Positions 47,752 to 57,166 of a DNA stretch of 64,000 bases are shown piece after piece (the stretch's first letter is position 1; each line of letters opens with the position of its first letter). The DNA is from an uncultured Rhizobium sp. (lineage in GTDB: Bacteria; Pseudomonadota; Alphaproteobacteria; Rickettsiales; UBA1997): positions 6,581 to 70,580 of the forward strand of contig CAYUHG010000006.1 in NCBI GenBank assembly GCA_964444545.1. The letters run 5' to 3'. A model generated the notes under the pieces. That model saw nothing but the letters and a program-made list of their open reading frames with translations, searched no databases and was not told the DNA's origin. Both the position numbers and the translations under genes were made by a program.

Positions 47752-48560
47752 TTTGATTTTTGGCTGAGTTCATAAAGTGCAATTGATGTAGCGACAGATG
47801 CGTTGAGGCTCTCGACGCTGCGATCAATATTTATTTTTGCAAGAACATCGCAATTTTTTCTAACCAAATCACGGATTCCGTCACCTTCTGAACCTACAAC
47901 TAAAGCAACATGATCGTAGGTTTTTATTTCGCTGATTGAAGTATTAGAAGTGCCGTCAAGTCCGATGCACCAATAGCCGATTTTTTTTAGTTTCTCGATT
48001 AGATTGTTAAAATTCACTACCACAATCAAATCAGCCATCTCAATAGTGCCAACAGATGAACGGCACATAGCAGGGCTTTCTTTTGGAGCGCTATGTTCGC
48101 AAAAAATTATTTTTTTTACGCCAAAGCTCAAAGCGCTGCGAATTATTGCACCAACATTTTGTGGATCAGAAAGTTGATCAAGCAAAAGCAAAGTTGGTAA
48201 TTCACTTTTTTCTAAAGCGTAAAGTTCTTCTAGTAAATCGTTCTGAGTTTTTATTGGTAACTTAGCACAATTCATTGCGATACCCTGATGGAGCTGGTCG
48301 CGGCCGATTATTGAATTGATGTATTCACCATCAACTAATTTTACCGAATTTACTAAACTCTGAAGGGAGGGATTTTTCTGAAATAATTTTTCAAGTTCAT
48401 CAGCGGTATTTTTGGTGACGAGTATTTGAAAAATTTTGCGGCGTTTATGAGTGAGTGCAGCAAATACTGCGTGCTTACCGTACAACCAGATTGAGTTCTG
48501 GCTGTACGATTCATTTCTTCGACTATCTTTTTGATTTTTTGTGCTTTTTTTGTTTCTCAT
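47748..48560 (-). CDS. rlmB: 23S rRNA (G2251-2'-O)-methyltransferase, TrmH family
   Basis: LYGKHAV, HQGIA, DPQNVGAIIRS, VGSEGDG, ESLNASVA. Confidence 0.92.
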   Translation of the reverse strand: MRNKKSTKNQKDSRRNESYSQNSIWLYGKHAVFAALTHKRRKIFQILVTKNTADELEKLFQKNPSLQSLVNSVKLVDGEYINSIIGRDQLHQGIAMNCAKLPIKTQNDLLEELYALEKSELPTLLLLDQLSDPQNVGAIIRSALSFGVKKIIFCEHSAPKESPAMCRSSVGTIEMADLIVVVNFNNLIEKLKKIGYWCIGLDGTSNTSISEIKTYDHVALVVGSEGDGIRDLVRKNCDVLAKINIDRSVESLNASVATSIALYELSQKSK

Positions 48561-49608
48561 TTGATTTGTTTTTATTTTCTTCTTCCTTCTCAGATGATTC
48601 TTCTTTTGCTTCTTCAGTAGCTGTGGCTTCTTTTACTTCTGATGCGGCTTCAGTGGCTTCAGGCGCTGGAGTAGCTGATTCCATCGAAACATCTTTTGGA
48701 GCTTCTTTGTCTTGTGATTTTTCGATTTCTTTCAACTGAATCAGAATCTGAACTTTAGCGTTATTGATGATCTTATTGTTGATTTCATTAACGCGATCAT
48801 GAATCAACTGGTCGCGAATATTGTCTTTAACAGATTCGAATGACAAAGCTTTGGCTTCGCGAATATCGCCAATTTTAACGATGTGCCAGCCATATTTAGT
48901 TTCGATTGGATCAGAAATTTGATCTTTTTCTAAATTAGCAACTACAGCAGAGATTTCTTTAATCATGCTGTCTTCCAGAGTGTAATCAATCTCGCCGCCT
49001 TTATTAGCAGTTTCTTGATCGATGGAATATTTTTTTGCCATTTCAGCAAATCTTGAAGAGCTTTTTTTAGCTTTTAGATCTTTAGCAATCTTATCAGCTT
49101 CTTCTTTAGATTTTACTACGATGTGGAAAATCTGATATTCTTTTTTGCCTTCTAATTCTTTGCTTAGTTCAAGATATTTATTGTTGATCTTCTCATCAGT
49201 GATTTCTGATTTAAGAATTGAATCGATGTAAGACTGACGAACGATTTTATTTTTTGCGTCTTCGATTCTGGCTTGAACTTCTTTAGTTTTAACCACATCA
49301 GACTTCATCGCTTCTTTGGTTAGTTCTTTTTCCAAATAAACTTCTTTCGCCAAAATCTCGAGAATTTCTTTTGGTAATTTATCTAAATCGGGAGTTTTTG
49401 TAACGCCATCTTGGCCTTCAAAAACGTCATGCAATCTCAATTCGATTTCTGATTTGTAGATTTTTTGACCGTTGATTTTTGCAACTACTTCGTCGCTAGA
49501 AGAGTTCGAGAAAACGAAATATGAACCGCTAAAAATACAAGCTGCGACTACAGTAGAGATGATAAATAGTTTCTTGGATTTCTTTTTTCTTGAAGGGTAA
49601 GGCAACAT
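48523..49608 (-). CDS. Parvulin (PpiC-type) peptidyl-prolyl isomerase with an N-terminal anchor
   Basis: VAKING, HIVVKS, FAEMAKKYSID, GGEI, PIETKYGWHIVK. Confidence 0.92.
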   Translation of the reverse strand: MLPYPSRKKKSKKLFIISTVVAACIFSGSYFVFSNSSSDEVVAKINGQKIYKSEIELRLHDVFEGQDGVTKTPDLDKLPKEILEILAKEVYLEKELTKEAMKSDVVKTKEVQARIEDAKNKIVRQSYIDSILKSEITDEKINNKYLELSKELEGKKEYQIFHIVVKSKEEADKIAKDLKAKKSSSRFAEMAKKYSIDQETANKGGEIDYTLEDSMIKEISAVVANLEKDQISDPIETKYGWHIVKIGDIREAKALSFESVKDNIRDQLIHDRVNEINNKIINNAKVQILIQLKEIEKSQDKEAPKDVSMESATPAPEATEAASEVKEATATEEAKEESSEKEEENKNKSNEKQKKHKKSKR

Positions 49609-49656
49609 AAATGACGAATTATTGAAGTTAAATTTTGTGAAGGGAAAAAAATTGGA

Positions 49657-50520
49657 TTACAAACCAGGGATGACGAATTTTGGAAAAAGCTGGTAATTTT
49701 TGCAAACGGTTTCGAGTTTATTTTTATCAGCAACTTGTCCGTATTTTACACCTAAAATATTTGATAAAATTCCGCCGGTGATGAGTACAGAATCGATGCC
49801 GAAATCATTAGCGCCTTTGATGTCAGTCTCCATGCCATCGCCAATTGCGACGATTTTTCTCAAATCATCGCAGCCAAACATTTTACAAGTTATTTCATAA
49901 ACTGTTGGGAAAGGTTTGCCGTAATATAGAACCTCTCCGTTGAGTTTTTTGTACTCTAAAGCCAAGGCTCCAGCGCAAATTAACTCGGCACCAGTTTGTT
50001 TAACCACTATTAAATCAGGATTGACGCAGATTAGCGGTAAATTAGATTTATGAGCCGACAAAAGTTGTGGCATTTTTTCGGCCAAAACTGAATCATCATT
50101 ATCAAATCCGGTGGTGATTGCGAAGCTTGCTTTGCTTGCATCATCAACCATTTGGTATTCTAAACCTTTTAGTAAATCGATGTCTTTTTTCGGGCCAATA
50201 TAAAAATAATTACGACCAAAATTTGTAAAATTTTCTTTTTGGTTTTTCTCGAAATCAATATAAGCAGCTTCGCCGGAGGTTAAAATAAAATCATAAAGAT
50301 CAGAAGTGATACCGTATTTTTCTAAAACGGCAGCAACTTTAAAAGCCCGACGCGGCGCGTTGGAAAGAAAACAGATTTTTTTATTTTTAGCGCGCAAAAA
50401 TTTGATAGCATCAACAACGCCATCATAGGCTGAAGAGCCGTCGTGAACTACGCCCCAAACGTCGAAAATAAAGTAATCGTAAAGGTCAGCGAGTTCGCGA
50501 ATATTATTTCTAAATTGCAT
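49657..50520 (-). CDS. HAD-superfamily class IIA hydrolase (TIGR01459-like)
   Basis: FDVWGVVHDG, LSNAPR, CVNPD, GKP, IGDGMETDIKGA. Confidence 0.92.
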   Translation of the reverse strand: MQFRNNIRELADLYDYFIFDVWGVVHDGSSAYDGVVDAIKFLRAKNKKICFLSNAPRRAFKVAAVLEKYGITSDLYDFILTSGEAAYIDFEKNQKENFTNFGRNYFYIGPKKDIDLLKGLEYQMVDDASKASFAITTGFDNDDSVLAEKMPQLLSAHKSNLPLICVNPDLIVVKQTGAELICAGALALEYKKLNGEVLYYGKPFPTVYEITCKMFGCDDLRKIVAIGDGMETDIKGANDFGIDSVLITGGILSNILGVKYGQVADKNKLETVCKNYQLFPKFVIPGL

Positions 50521-50525
50521 GAATT

Positions 50526-51578
50526 TTATTGTTCCAGCATTGAAGTTGCTAATCTAGTAACGCCAGCGAAGCGACTTTTTTTGTATTTCATTTTCACTGA
50601 ATCGCCCAAGCGAATTGACTCAGCTTTTTTTGCATCATCCATCACAACCCAAGAAGTTTTTGGATCAACAATATCAGAAACTGAACCAGTCGTGATAATT
50701 CTGCGTTCAACTTCAACTTGATTAGTTAAAGCATTTTCAGATTCGTATTGGCCGCTAACTTCAAATTTATCATCTTGTTTTATGCCGTCAGCTGAGCCAA
50801 GTGAGATTTTGAAAATCGCTTTGTCCTTCAAAACACGTTTTTCCAAAATGTAACCTTTTTTGGCGAAGAAGTTTTTAATATCGACTTCGATGTCAGAAAT
50901 AGCGTCTTCTCCAGCGCGGCGCACCAAACTGTCATCGCGTTTTGCACCTTCAACTTTTTTACCGCCAATTTGAATTCCACCAAGTGCCAATCCACCTTCT
51001 TGTTGCACAGCTTCGGAGCGACTTTTTTTGGCGTTAAATTCGATTGATTCAACAACTGTTAAAGATGGCAATTCATAGATTTTAAGATTACCAGCAACGT
51101 CAGAAGAGTAGGTATATTTTGGTGGAATCGTAACAAACTGTTTGCTTTGTGGATTGTAGTAAGTTGTGCCGTTAGAATATTTGCTGGTAAATCCGGCGTT
51201 AGAAATTGCGCCAGAAACTGCGTAATCAGCAACGATTGGACCTTTGTATGAGCCTGTTTTATTCATTTCAGCGAGAGCAATTTCCTTTTGTAATTTGCTG
51301 GCAGCTTTACGATCAACAATTTCGCCAAGACGATTTTTGCTCAAAATATTTTCAACATTGTTTGCCAAAGATTCGCCTAAGTTAGTTTGGCTGGCCACTT
51401 CATTGTTGTTTTGGTCGAGCGCGAAAACCACAACTTTTGGTGCTTTGCCCGCGATATTTTCTGGACTCGGCATGAATTTAGTTTTGCTTAGAAACTGTTT
51501 CTGATATTCGTCAAAATGACTGATCGTTGTAGAGCAAGAGCTCAATAAAAAAACTAATGCGAGGTTTTTGAGTTTCAT
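50526..51578 (-). CDS. Lipoprotein with a CsgG-like domain and a FlgT-C-like C-terminal domain
   Basis: Lipobox LSSC; EIVDRKAASKLQKEIALAE...ADYAVSGAIS; C-terminal ISLGSADGIKQDDKFEV. Confidence 0.6.
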   Translation of the reverse strand: MKLKNLALVFLLSSCSTTISHFDEYQKQFLSKTKFMPSPENIAGKAPKVVVFALDQNNNEVASQTNLGESLANNVENILSKNRLGEIVDRKAASKLQKEIALAEMNKTGSYKGPIVADYAVSGAISNAGFTSKYSNGTTYYNPQSKQFVTIPPKYTYSSDVAGNLKIYELPSLTVVESIEFNAKKSRSEAVQQEGGLALGGIQIGGKKVEGAKRDDSLVRRAGEDAISDIEVDIKNFFAKKGYILEKRVLKDKAIFKISLGSADGIKQDDKFEVSGQYESENALTNQVEVERRIITTGSVSDIVDPKTSWVVMDDAKKAESIRLGDSVKMKYKKSRFAGVTRLATSMLEQ

Positions 51579-51591
51579 ATTTTGCTAAAAA

Positions 51592-52584
51592 TTAATTGAT
51601 GATTCCGAGAACTTTCAGAATGCCGTCTTGTGTAATTTTATCTTCTAAAGATTTAACTGAAGAAGCGTAAGATTCTTTTTCAGAAATTGTTGAGCTACCA
51701 GTAACTTCAATCGAGTTGCTGGCAACGGTTTTACCGCCAGATAGATTTTCGAAACTGATTTTAAGTTTGGTGATGTGTGCGCCATAAATTTCGTTATTGG
51801 TAGTCGAAGACTTGATCGCAATTACAATTTGATTCGCGCCGTTGCTGCGTGAATTAGCAATTTTTATTTTCTCTTTATTAAGGGCGTTGCGAATAACTTG
51901 AGAAATTTCTTTGGCGGAATTGATCTCAAAATAAAACTCAATTTTGTTAGTTAATTGATTGAATTGATTTTGAAATTCAGCTTGGCGATTCAATTTTTCC
52001 TTCAGATTTATATCAAGGCCAGAACCTTGTAAAATGCGGCTTGAAAGCTCGATTTGTTTTTCCAGTTCCAGAATTTTTGTAAGGCTAACGCGTTTTTGAA
52101 TTGGATTTGCCGTGCTGAGATTTTTCTCAAGATTGTTAACCTGAGTTTCAGCAAAACTAATTTTGTCTTTTTGATCTGAAATAAAAGGCGAACGTGAAAT
52201 TTCAACTTCAACAAAAAGCTGTGAGCCAGCTTTCTGACTGTTCGAAACTCTGAAATTGCTGAAGTCGATTTTTTCGATATTTTGCTTAACTTGTTGGCGC
52301 ATTTCTTCGTTCACACCACTTTTATCTTCTTCGCGAAGTAAGCTAGATTCTGAAGAAATGCTAGTCATCAAACGAGCTGCAGCATCAGCTAATGCTGACT
52401 TGGTCGCTTCTTCCAAATTTGCACCCGATGAAACTCCGTAGAGATTTTGTGAGTTATTTTGTTTTGGTGAAATATACCACGATGGAGTATCAGAAGTCGC
52501 TTTATTGCTGCTACAAGAAGCAATACTAAAAATTACTAACGCAATGACAGCAAATTTATTGCTCCATTTCTTTAAAGAGGTCAT
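51592..52584 (-). CDS. LPP20-family lipoprotein
   Basis: Lipobox IASC; PSWY...LYGVSSG..LEEATKSALADAAARL. Confidence 0.75.
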   Translation of the reverse strand: MTSLKKWSNKFAVIALVIFSIASCSSNKATSDTPSWYISPKQNNSQNLYGVSSGANLEEATKSALADAAARLMTSISSESSLLREEDKSGVNEEMRQQVKQNIEKIDFSNFRVSNSQKAGSQLFVEVEISRSPFISDQKDKISFAETQVNNLEKNLSTANPIQKRVSLTKILELEKQIELSSRILQGSGLDINLKEKLNRQAEFQNQFNQLTNKIEFYFEINSAKEISQVIRNALNKEKIKIANSRSNGANQIVIAIKSSTTNNEIYGAHITKLKISFENLSGGKTVASNSIEVTGSSTISEKESYASSVKSLEDKITQDGILKVLGIIN

Positions 52585-52723
52585 TGCTGTTTTTGTTAGT
52601 TGAATTGATACGGTCAGAAGCGTTTTGGTGCTTGATGGTTTTAGTAGCTTCTTTCTGAGTGATTGATGGTTCGGCGCACGACGCGATTGCGAGAAGTGTG
52701 AAAATGGCGAGAAGTTTTTTCAT
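52556..52723 (-). CDS. Small lipoprotein (55 aa), not in the supplied ORF track
   Basis: MKKLLAIFTLLAIASCAEPSITQKEATKTIKHQNASDRINSTNKNSNDLFKEMEQ; clear signal peptide and lipobox IASC. Confidence 0.75.
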   Translation of the reverse strand: MKKLLAIFTLLAIASCAEPSITQKEATKTIKHQNASDRINSTNKNSNDLFKEMEQ

Positions 52724-52752
52724 AAATTTTGTGATTTTAGCTAACCTAAACT

Positions 52753-52843
52753 CGCCGGTTGAGCTTGTCGAAACCTCGTTAGCTTCCTTCTTAAAACTTA
52801 CAGCAGTAGGAACCTAAATAGGTTTCGACAAGCTCAACCGACG
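52753..52843. repeat. Palindromic element, family B
   Basis: 24-bp arms CGCCGGTTGAGCTTGTCGAAACCT / AGGTTTCGACAAGCTCAACCGACG, one mismatch. Confidence 0.92.
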
Positions 52844-52859
52844 GATGGTAATTATTATT

Positions 52860-53489
52860 TTATTCAGCTTTCGACTTATCAGCAGCTTTGTCAGCTACAC
52901 CTTTGTCGCCTCTTTCTTTTTCCAATTCATCAAACATAGCTTTGCTAGCTTCTTCGCTTTTCTTGATGTTATCACGAGCTAAGCCAGATTTTTTCAATTT
53001 ATCATTAAAGGATTTTTCGCTGTCGTTTAAGAATTTGCTGTAATCTTCGTTTTTCAAGATCATGTGTACGTAAAGTGTACCGTCATTAGCTTGGAAGATG
53101 TTAATTCTTTTTACACCAGAAAGTGGTAAGTTCTTCACAACTTCTTTGCTGGCTTGAGCGAAGAATTGTTCAACATCGTCAGCACCGTTAACGTTGGCAG
53201 ATCTCAAAGAATCTTTGGTTACACGGCTGATTTCTGACTGGATTGTTGCAGCGATATTTGCTTTAGCGTCAAGTTCTGCAGCAGGAATTTGGAATTTAAT
53301 TCCGCCTTTTGATGGGCTAGCGATACCAACAGCAGCAACGCCTTCAGGCATATTTGGATCAAGCACCCAAGATGGTAAATTTGATAAGTTATTATTTTTA
53401 ACTTCAGCAGTAGGTTTGTTACCTTTGCTGCAAGAAGCAGAAGAAATTAGGGCTACAATTGAAAGTGCGACTAGGATTTTATTTTTCAT
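52860..53489 (-). CDS. LPP20-family lipoprotein
   Basis: Lipobox SASC; LPSWVLDP...AAVGIA...AELDAKANIAATIQSEI. Confidence 0.75.
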   Translation of the reverse strand: MKNKILVALSIVALISSASCSKGNKPTAEVKNNNLSNLPSWVLDPNMPEGVAAVGIASPSKGGIKFQIPAAELDAKANIAATIQSEISRVTKDSLRSANVNGADDVEQFFAQASKEVVKNLPLSGVKRINIFQANDGTLYVHMILKNEDYSKFLNDSEKSFNDKLKKSGLARDNIKKSEEASKAMFDELEKERGDKGVADKAADKSKAE

Positions 53490-53606
53490 AAATTTGTGCT
53501 TTGGTAGAAATTAGATAATTGGTGAAAACTGCTGCAATGCTACAGAATATTGAGCCGGACTAGGCTATTTTTCAAAGACAAAATTACAAGATTAAACTTG
53601 GTTTGT

Positions 53607-54722
53607 TTAGAATTTCTCTTTGCGATAGATCAATAAAATACCAATTGCCAAACAAATAATTGCGATGATCCAGGTTGAGGAAAAAATTGGAATTAATCCG
53701 GAAGATCCCAAAGCATTTATGATTCCGGCAGTGATGTATAAAATTAGCCCGAGAGCTATTCCTACAAACATCATAAAAATCGATTTGTTATTTCTGGTGT
53801 GCGTTATGCCGAAAAAACACGCGATTAAAGTCATGGCAACAAACAACAACGGCTTGCTTAAAAGGGCATTTAAATAAACTTTGAATTTGGTTGAGGCAAA
53901 TCCGGCAGATTGCAAATTTTCGATCAAATCCGGCAATTCAAAAATTGAAAATAATTTCACATTTTGGAAATTATTTATGACGGTTTGAGTTATGAAGTCA
54001 GCTTCAAGATTGGTTGGAACTGTGTAATTTGGTAATTTTTTATTTAGATCTTTTTCGTCATTGATGGTGATATTGTGGAGCAACCAATATTCGCCTTCAA
54101 GAAACATGCTTTCGGCATCTATTTTCTGATAGAATTGAGCGTTTTTGTCAAAGAACCACAATGTTACTTCTTCAAGCTCCAGCGTATCTTTTGCAACCTT
54201 TTTGGCCTGGATTATAATATCTTCTTCAGGCTTGTTAATGTTGGATTGTTTAAGCCAAATACCGTTAGCTGGTGCAACCATTTCACGTTTTTCTTTGCGG
54301 ACATATTTGCCTTCTAAATTGTTAAACTTTTTGGTCATTTCTACAGAAACTGGACCAAAAACTAATACCCAAAAAATTCCTAAAAATAGAGCTGAAATTG
54401 CGACTGGTTGAAGTACTTGCCACAATGAAAATCCGCTAGAGCGGGCGATAGTGATTTCGCTTTTTGAGGATAGAAAAAAGAAAGTAATGATTGCCGAAAT
54501 CAAAACTAAAGAAGTGGCGACTTCATTGAGAAAATCGGAAATTTGTAGTGAAGCCATTGCCACTATAATTAAGAATGGAACTTCTTCTGAACCACGAACT
54601 TTCTCGATAACATCCATCAAATTAATCAAAAAAATCAGCAGCGAAAAGCCAAAGGTAATTTGGAAAAATTTTACCAGAAAATGGTTGGCGATGTAGCGAT
54701 TGATCCTTTTAAAAAATTTCAT
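53607..54722 (-). CDS. lptG: LPS export permease LptG
   Basis: YjgP/YjgQ family; SEITIARSSGFSLWQVL; GIWLKQ; second gene of the pair. Confidence 0.88.
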   Translation of the reverse strand: MKFFKRINRYIANHFLVKFFQITFGFSLLIFLINLMDVIEKVRGSEEVPFLIIVAMASLQISDFLNEVATSLVLISAIITFFFLSSKSEITIARSSGFSLWQVLQPVAISALFLGIFWVLVFGPVSVEMTKKFNNLEGKYVRKEKREMVAPANGIWLKQSNINKPEEDIIIQAKKVAKDTLELEEVTLWFFDKNAQFYQKIDAESMFLEGEYWLLHNITINDEKDLNKKLPNYTVPTNLEADFITQTVINNFQNVKLFSIFELPDLIENLQSAGFASTKFKVYLNALLSKPLLFVAMTLIACFFGITHTRNNKSIFMMFVGIALGLILYITAGIINALGSSGLIPIFSSTWIIAIICLAIGILLIYRKEKF

Positions 54723-55837
54723 TTAGTGGCAGTTGTTTGCGTTTTGTTTTTTTGCTTAGAGTTGTGGCTTGGCTCGTTCAAAAAGTAAATTCCCAAGCAG
54801 GAGAAAAATAGGAAATTAAGGTAAAGTAATGGAGTGAATTTCGGTGCTGACTCAATAATATCGTAGATTCCAATTGTTAAGAATAAGAAACCTGTCGAGA
54901 TCGCAGCTGCCAAAATAATGTTCGAAGAATTGCCTCTTCTGCTGAAAGAACCACGCATGATACAAGCTAGCGAGATTATAGAAAAAACTACCGGCAATAA
55001 AGGATAAGTAAATCTTTGATGAATCTCGGTGCGATATCTTGCGATGTCGTAATCAGGAGTATCTTCTTCATAATTTATAAGTTCGCTCAAGTAACGTTCT
55101 TTTGATTTCCAAGACAATTTATCAACATTTTCTTCGCCTTCAGTTAAGTTAAAAACGTAATTATCGAAACGCAAAATCTCAGATCTTTGATCGTCGTAAT
55201 TAAATTTTTGCACTGTGCCATTTTCCATGTAAAGCAAGGCTGAACTATTCTGCGTGATGATATGACCAGTTTCGGCGGTAATCGTGGTTGAATATTCTAA
55301 GTTGCGTTCATCATGTAATAAAATGCCGGAAAGATTATTATCATCGCTACGATTTTTGACGTACATTGTCATACTTTTTAAGCTTTCGAAAGTTTGCGGA
55401 TTGATCGAAAGATTAGTGTAATTATTGCGCAAGTCGTTGCGGGAAAGTCGCAATTTTTTGTTGGCGTAAGGCATGAAATAAAAAGAGATCGCAAAGCAAA
55501 AGATGGTGCAGCAAATCGTCAAATATGCTGCTGGCTTGCTTAGAGAAAATTTGGTTAATCCTGCATTTTTTAGAATTGCCATTTCATTGCTACTGATCAT
55601 CCGATTATAGACGACCAGAATTGATATCATCAGAGAGATCGGAATAATAAACAGCAGCAACCAAGGTAAAATTAAGATGAAGAGATAAAAGAATTGGTCG
55701 AGAGCGATACCATTTTCAGTAACGTATTTCACAAAGCCGATAGCGCGTGAAAACCAAATCAACGAAATCAAAATTGAGATTGATCCGATGAAGCCGATAA
55801 GAGTTTTGCGGAAAATGTAGCGGGAAAAAAGTTTCAA
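54719..55837 (-). CDS. lptF: LPS export permease LptF
   Basis: YNRMISSNEMAILKNAGL; EIHQRFTYPL; first gene of the pair. Confidence 0.88.
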   Translation of the reverse strand: MKLFSRYIFRKTLIGFIGSISILISLIWFSRAIGFVKYVTENGIALDQFFYLFILILPWLLLFIIPISLMISILVVYNRMISSNEMAILKNAGLTKFSLSKPAAYLTICCTIFCFAISFYFMPYANKKLRLSRNDLRNNYTNLSINPQTFESLKSMTMYVKNRSDDNNLSGILLHDERNLEYSTTITAETGHIITQNSSALLYMENGTVQKFNYDDQRSEILRFDNYVFNLTEGEENVDKLSWKSKERYLSELINYEEDTPDYDIARYRTEIHQRFTYPLLPVVFSIISLACIMRGSFSRRGNSSNIILAAAISTGFLFLTIGIYDIIESAPKFTPLLYLNFLFFSCLGIYFLNEPSHNSKQKNKTQTTATK

Positions 55838-55933
55838 AGAAGAACCTAAAAATATTGGGAATTTCAGTTTAAAATTTCAGATGGTTAACTTACTTAAAGA
55901 TAAAATCTTAAATCTGAAATTTAAAATTCTCGT

Positions 55934-56143
55934 ATGTCAGAAATAAAAATTATTCTTAATGGTGCAGAAAAAATTCTGTCGCGCAAAATGACAGTTGCGG
56001 ATCTGGTTTTGGAGCTAGAATTAGATATTAAAAAAATCGCAATTGAGAAAGATTTAGAAATTGTCACTCCAAATCAATTTACAGAGGTTATGTTGGATGA
56101 AGGTGCAAGAGTTGAAATTGTGCACTTTATCGGTGGTGGTTAA
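55934..56143 (+). CDS. thiS: Sulfur carrier protein ThiS
   Basis: IILNG, IAIE, VEIVHFIGGG. Confidence 0.93.
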   Translation: MSEIKIILNGAEKILSRKMTVADLVLELELDIKKIAIEKDLEIVTPNQFTEVMLDEGARVEIVHFIGGG

Positions 56144-56162
56144 ATGATTTGTGACATTGCCA

Positions 56163-56657
56163 TTATCTTGTCAGACCCAAGGTATCTGTGATAAATTTAA
56201 TGCACGTCTTTGGTTCGGGAGATCCTGAAGGTGTTGCATTTCCGACATTTCCTTCCCTATTTATATATTCGCCTCTTTTGTCTTTATCAGTTAAGCCAGA
56301 TCTACTTTCCAAACTGGTTAGTGCAGTTGAATGCTCAGAAATTGTAGAGCGAGAGAAATTGCCATATTCACCTAAAAGATTCTTCGGAATAGTTAAAGTT
56401 AAATTCATCATCAATTCATACAATTCTCTCAATGTTTTAGCGGCTTGATCGAAATTTGGGTCCCATTTTAAAGTTCTGCCAATCCAACTATCTTTTCCCA
56501 CGAAATAAGCTGCGATAATGTTTACACTTTGCGCTGATTGGTAAGCAACGTAAAGTGCTCCGGTCGCTACCGCACAAAATGGAAATGCAAGAAAGGAAAA
56601 TATACCTTTTCCTATTCCTTTGACTGTATCGAATGTGGTGGCAAATCTTTTTGGCAT
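56163..56657 (-). CDS. Hypothetical protein (164 aa) with an N-terminal hydrophobic segment
   Basis: ORF starts 5 nt after the yajQ stop; no recognisable family. Confidence 0.6.
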   Translation of the reverse strand: MPKRFATTFDTVKGIGKGIFSFLAFPFCAVATGALYVAYQSAQSVNIIAAYFVGKDSWIGRTLKWDPNFDQAAKTLRELYELMMNLTLTIPKNLLGEYGNFSRSTISEHSTALTSLESRSGLTDKDKRGEYINREGNVGNATPSGSPEPKTCIKFITDTLGLTR

Positions 56658-56662
56658 TCTAG

Positions 56663-57154
56663 TTAGTCTCTAAAATTGATGAATTGCAGTGGAATTTCAA
56701 AATTAGCTGCACGTAGCAAAGCAATTGCTTCTTGAAGATCATCACGTTTCTTACCATCAATTCTAACTTCGTCGCCTTTTATCGAAGCTTGAACTTTCAT
56801 TTTAGTATCTTTGACGTGTTTAACGATTTTTTTAGCAACTTCTTGTTCGATACCGTTACGCAATTTTACCTCTTGTCTCAATGAATTGCCGCTGGCCTTT
56901 TCTTCTTTTTGGAAATCCAAAGCTTTTGGGTCAATTCCGCGTTTTACGCAAAATACTTTCAGTGAATCGCGAATGGCGCCGAGTTTGTAATCATCTTCAG
57001 CACTTAAAGCGATCAAGTTGTCTTTGGTTTTTAATTCAACGGTGAAATTTGCACCTTTGAAATCGTAGCGATTGGTCAATTCACGCAAAACCGAATTAAC
57101 GGCGTTGTCGATTTCTTGCATGTCGATTTTAGAAACTACGTCGAAGCTTGGCAT
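56663..57154 (-). CDS. yajQ: YajQ-family nucleotide (c-di-GMP)-binding protein
   Basis: MPSFDVVS, RYDFKG, VQASIKGDEVRIDGKKRDDLQ, LQFINFRD. Confidence 0.96.
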   Translation of the reverse strand: MPSFDVVSKIDMQEIDNAVNSVLRELTNRYDFKGANFTVELKTKDNLIALSAEDDYKLGAIRDSLKVFCVKRGIDPKALDFQKEEKASGNSLRQEVKLRNGIEQEVAKKIVKHVKDTKMKVQASIKGDEVRIDGKKRDDLQEAIALLRAANFEIPLQFINFRD

Positions 57155-57166
57155 GATTTTTGAAAA

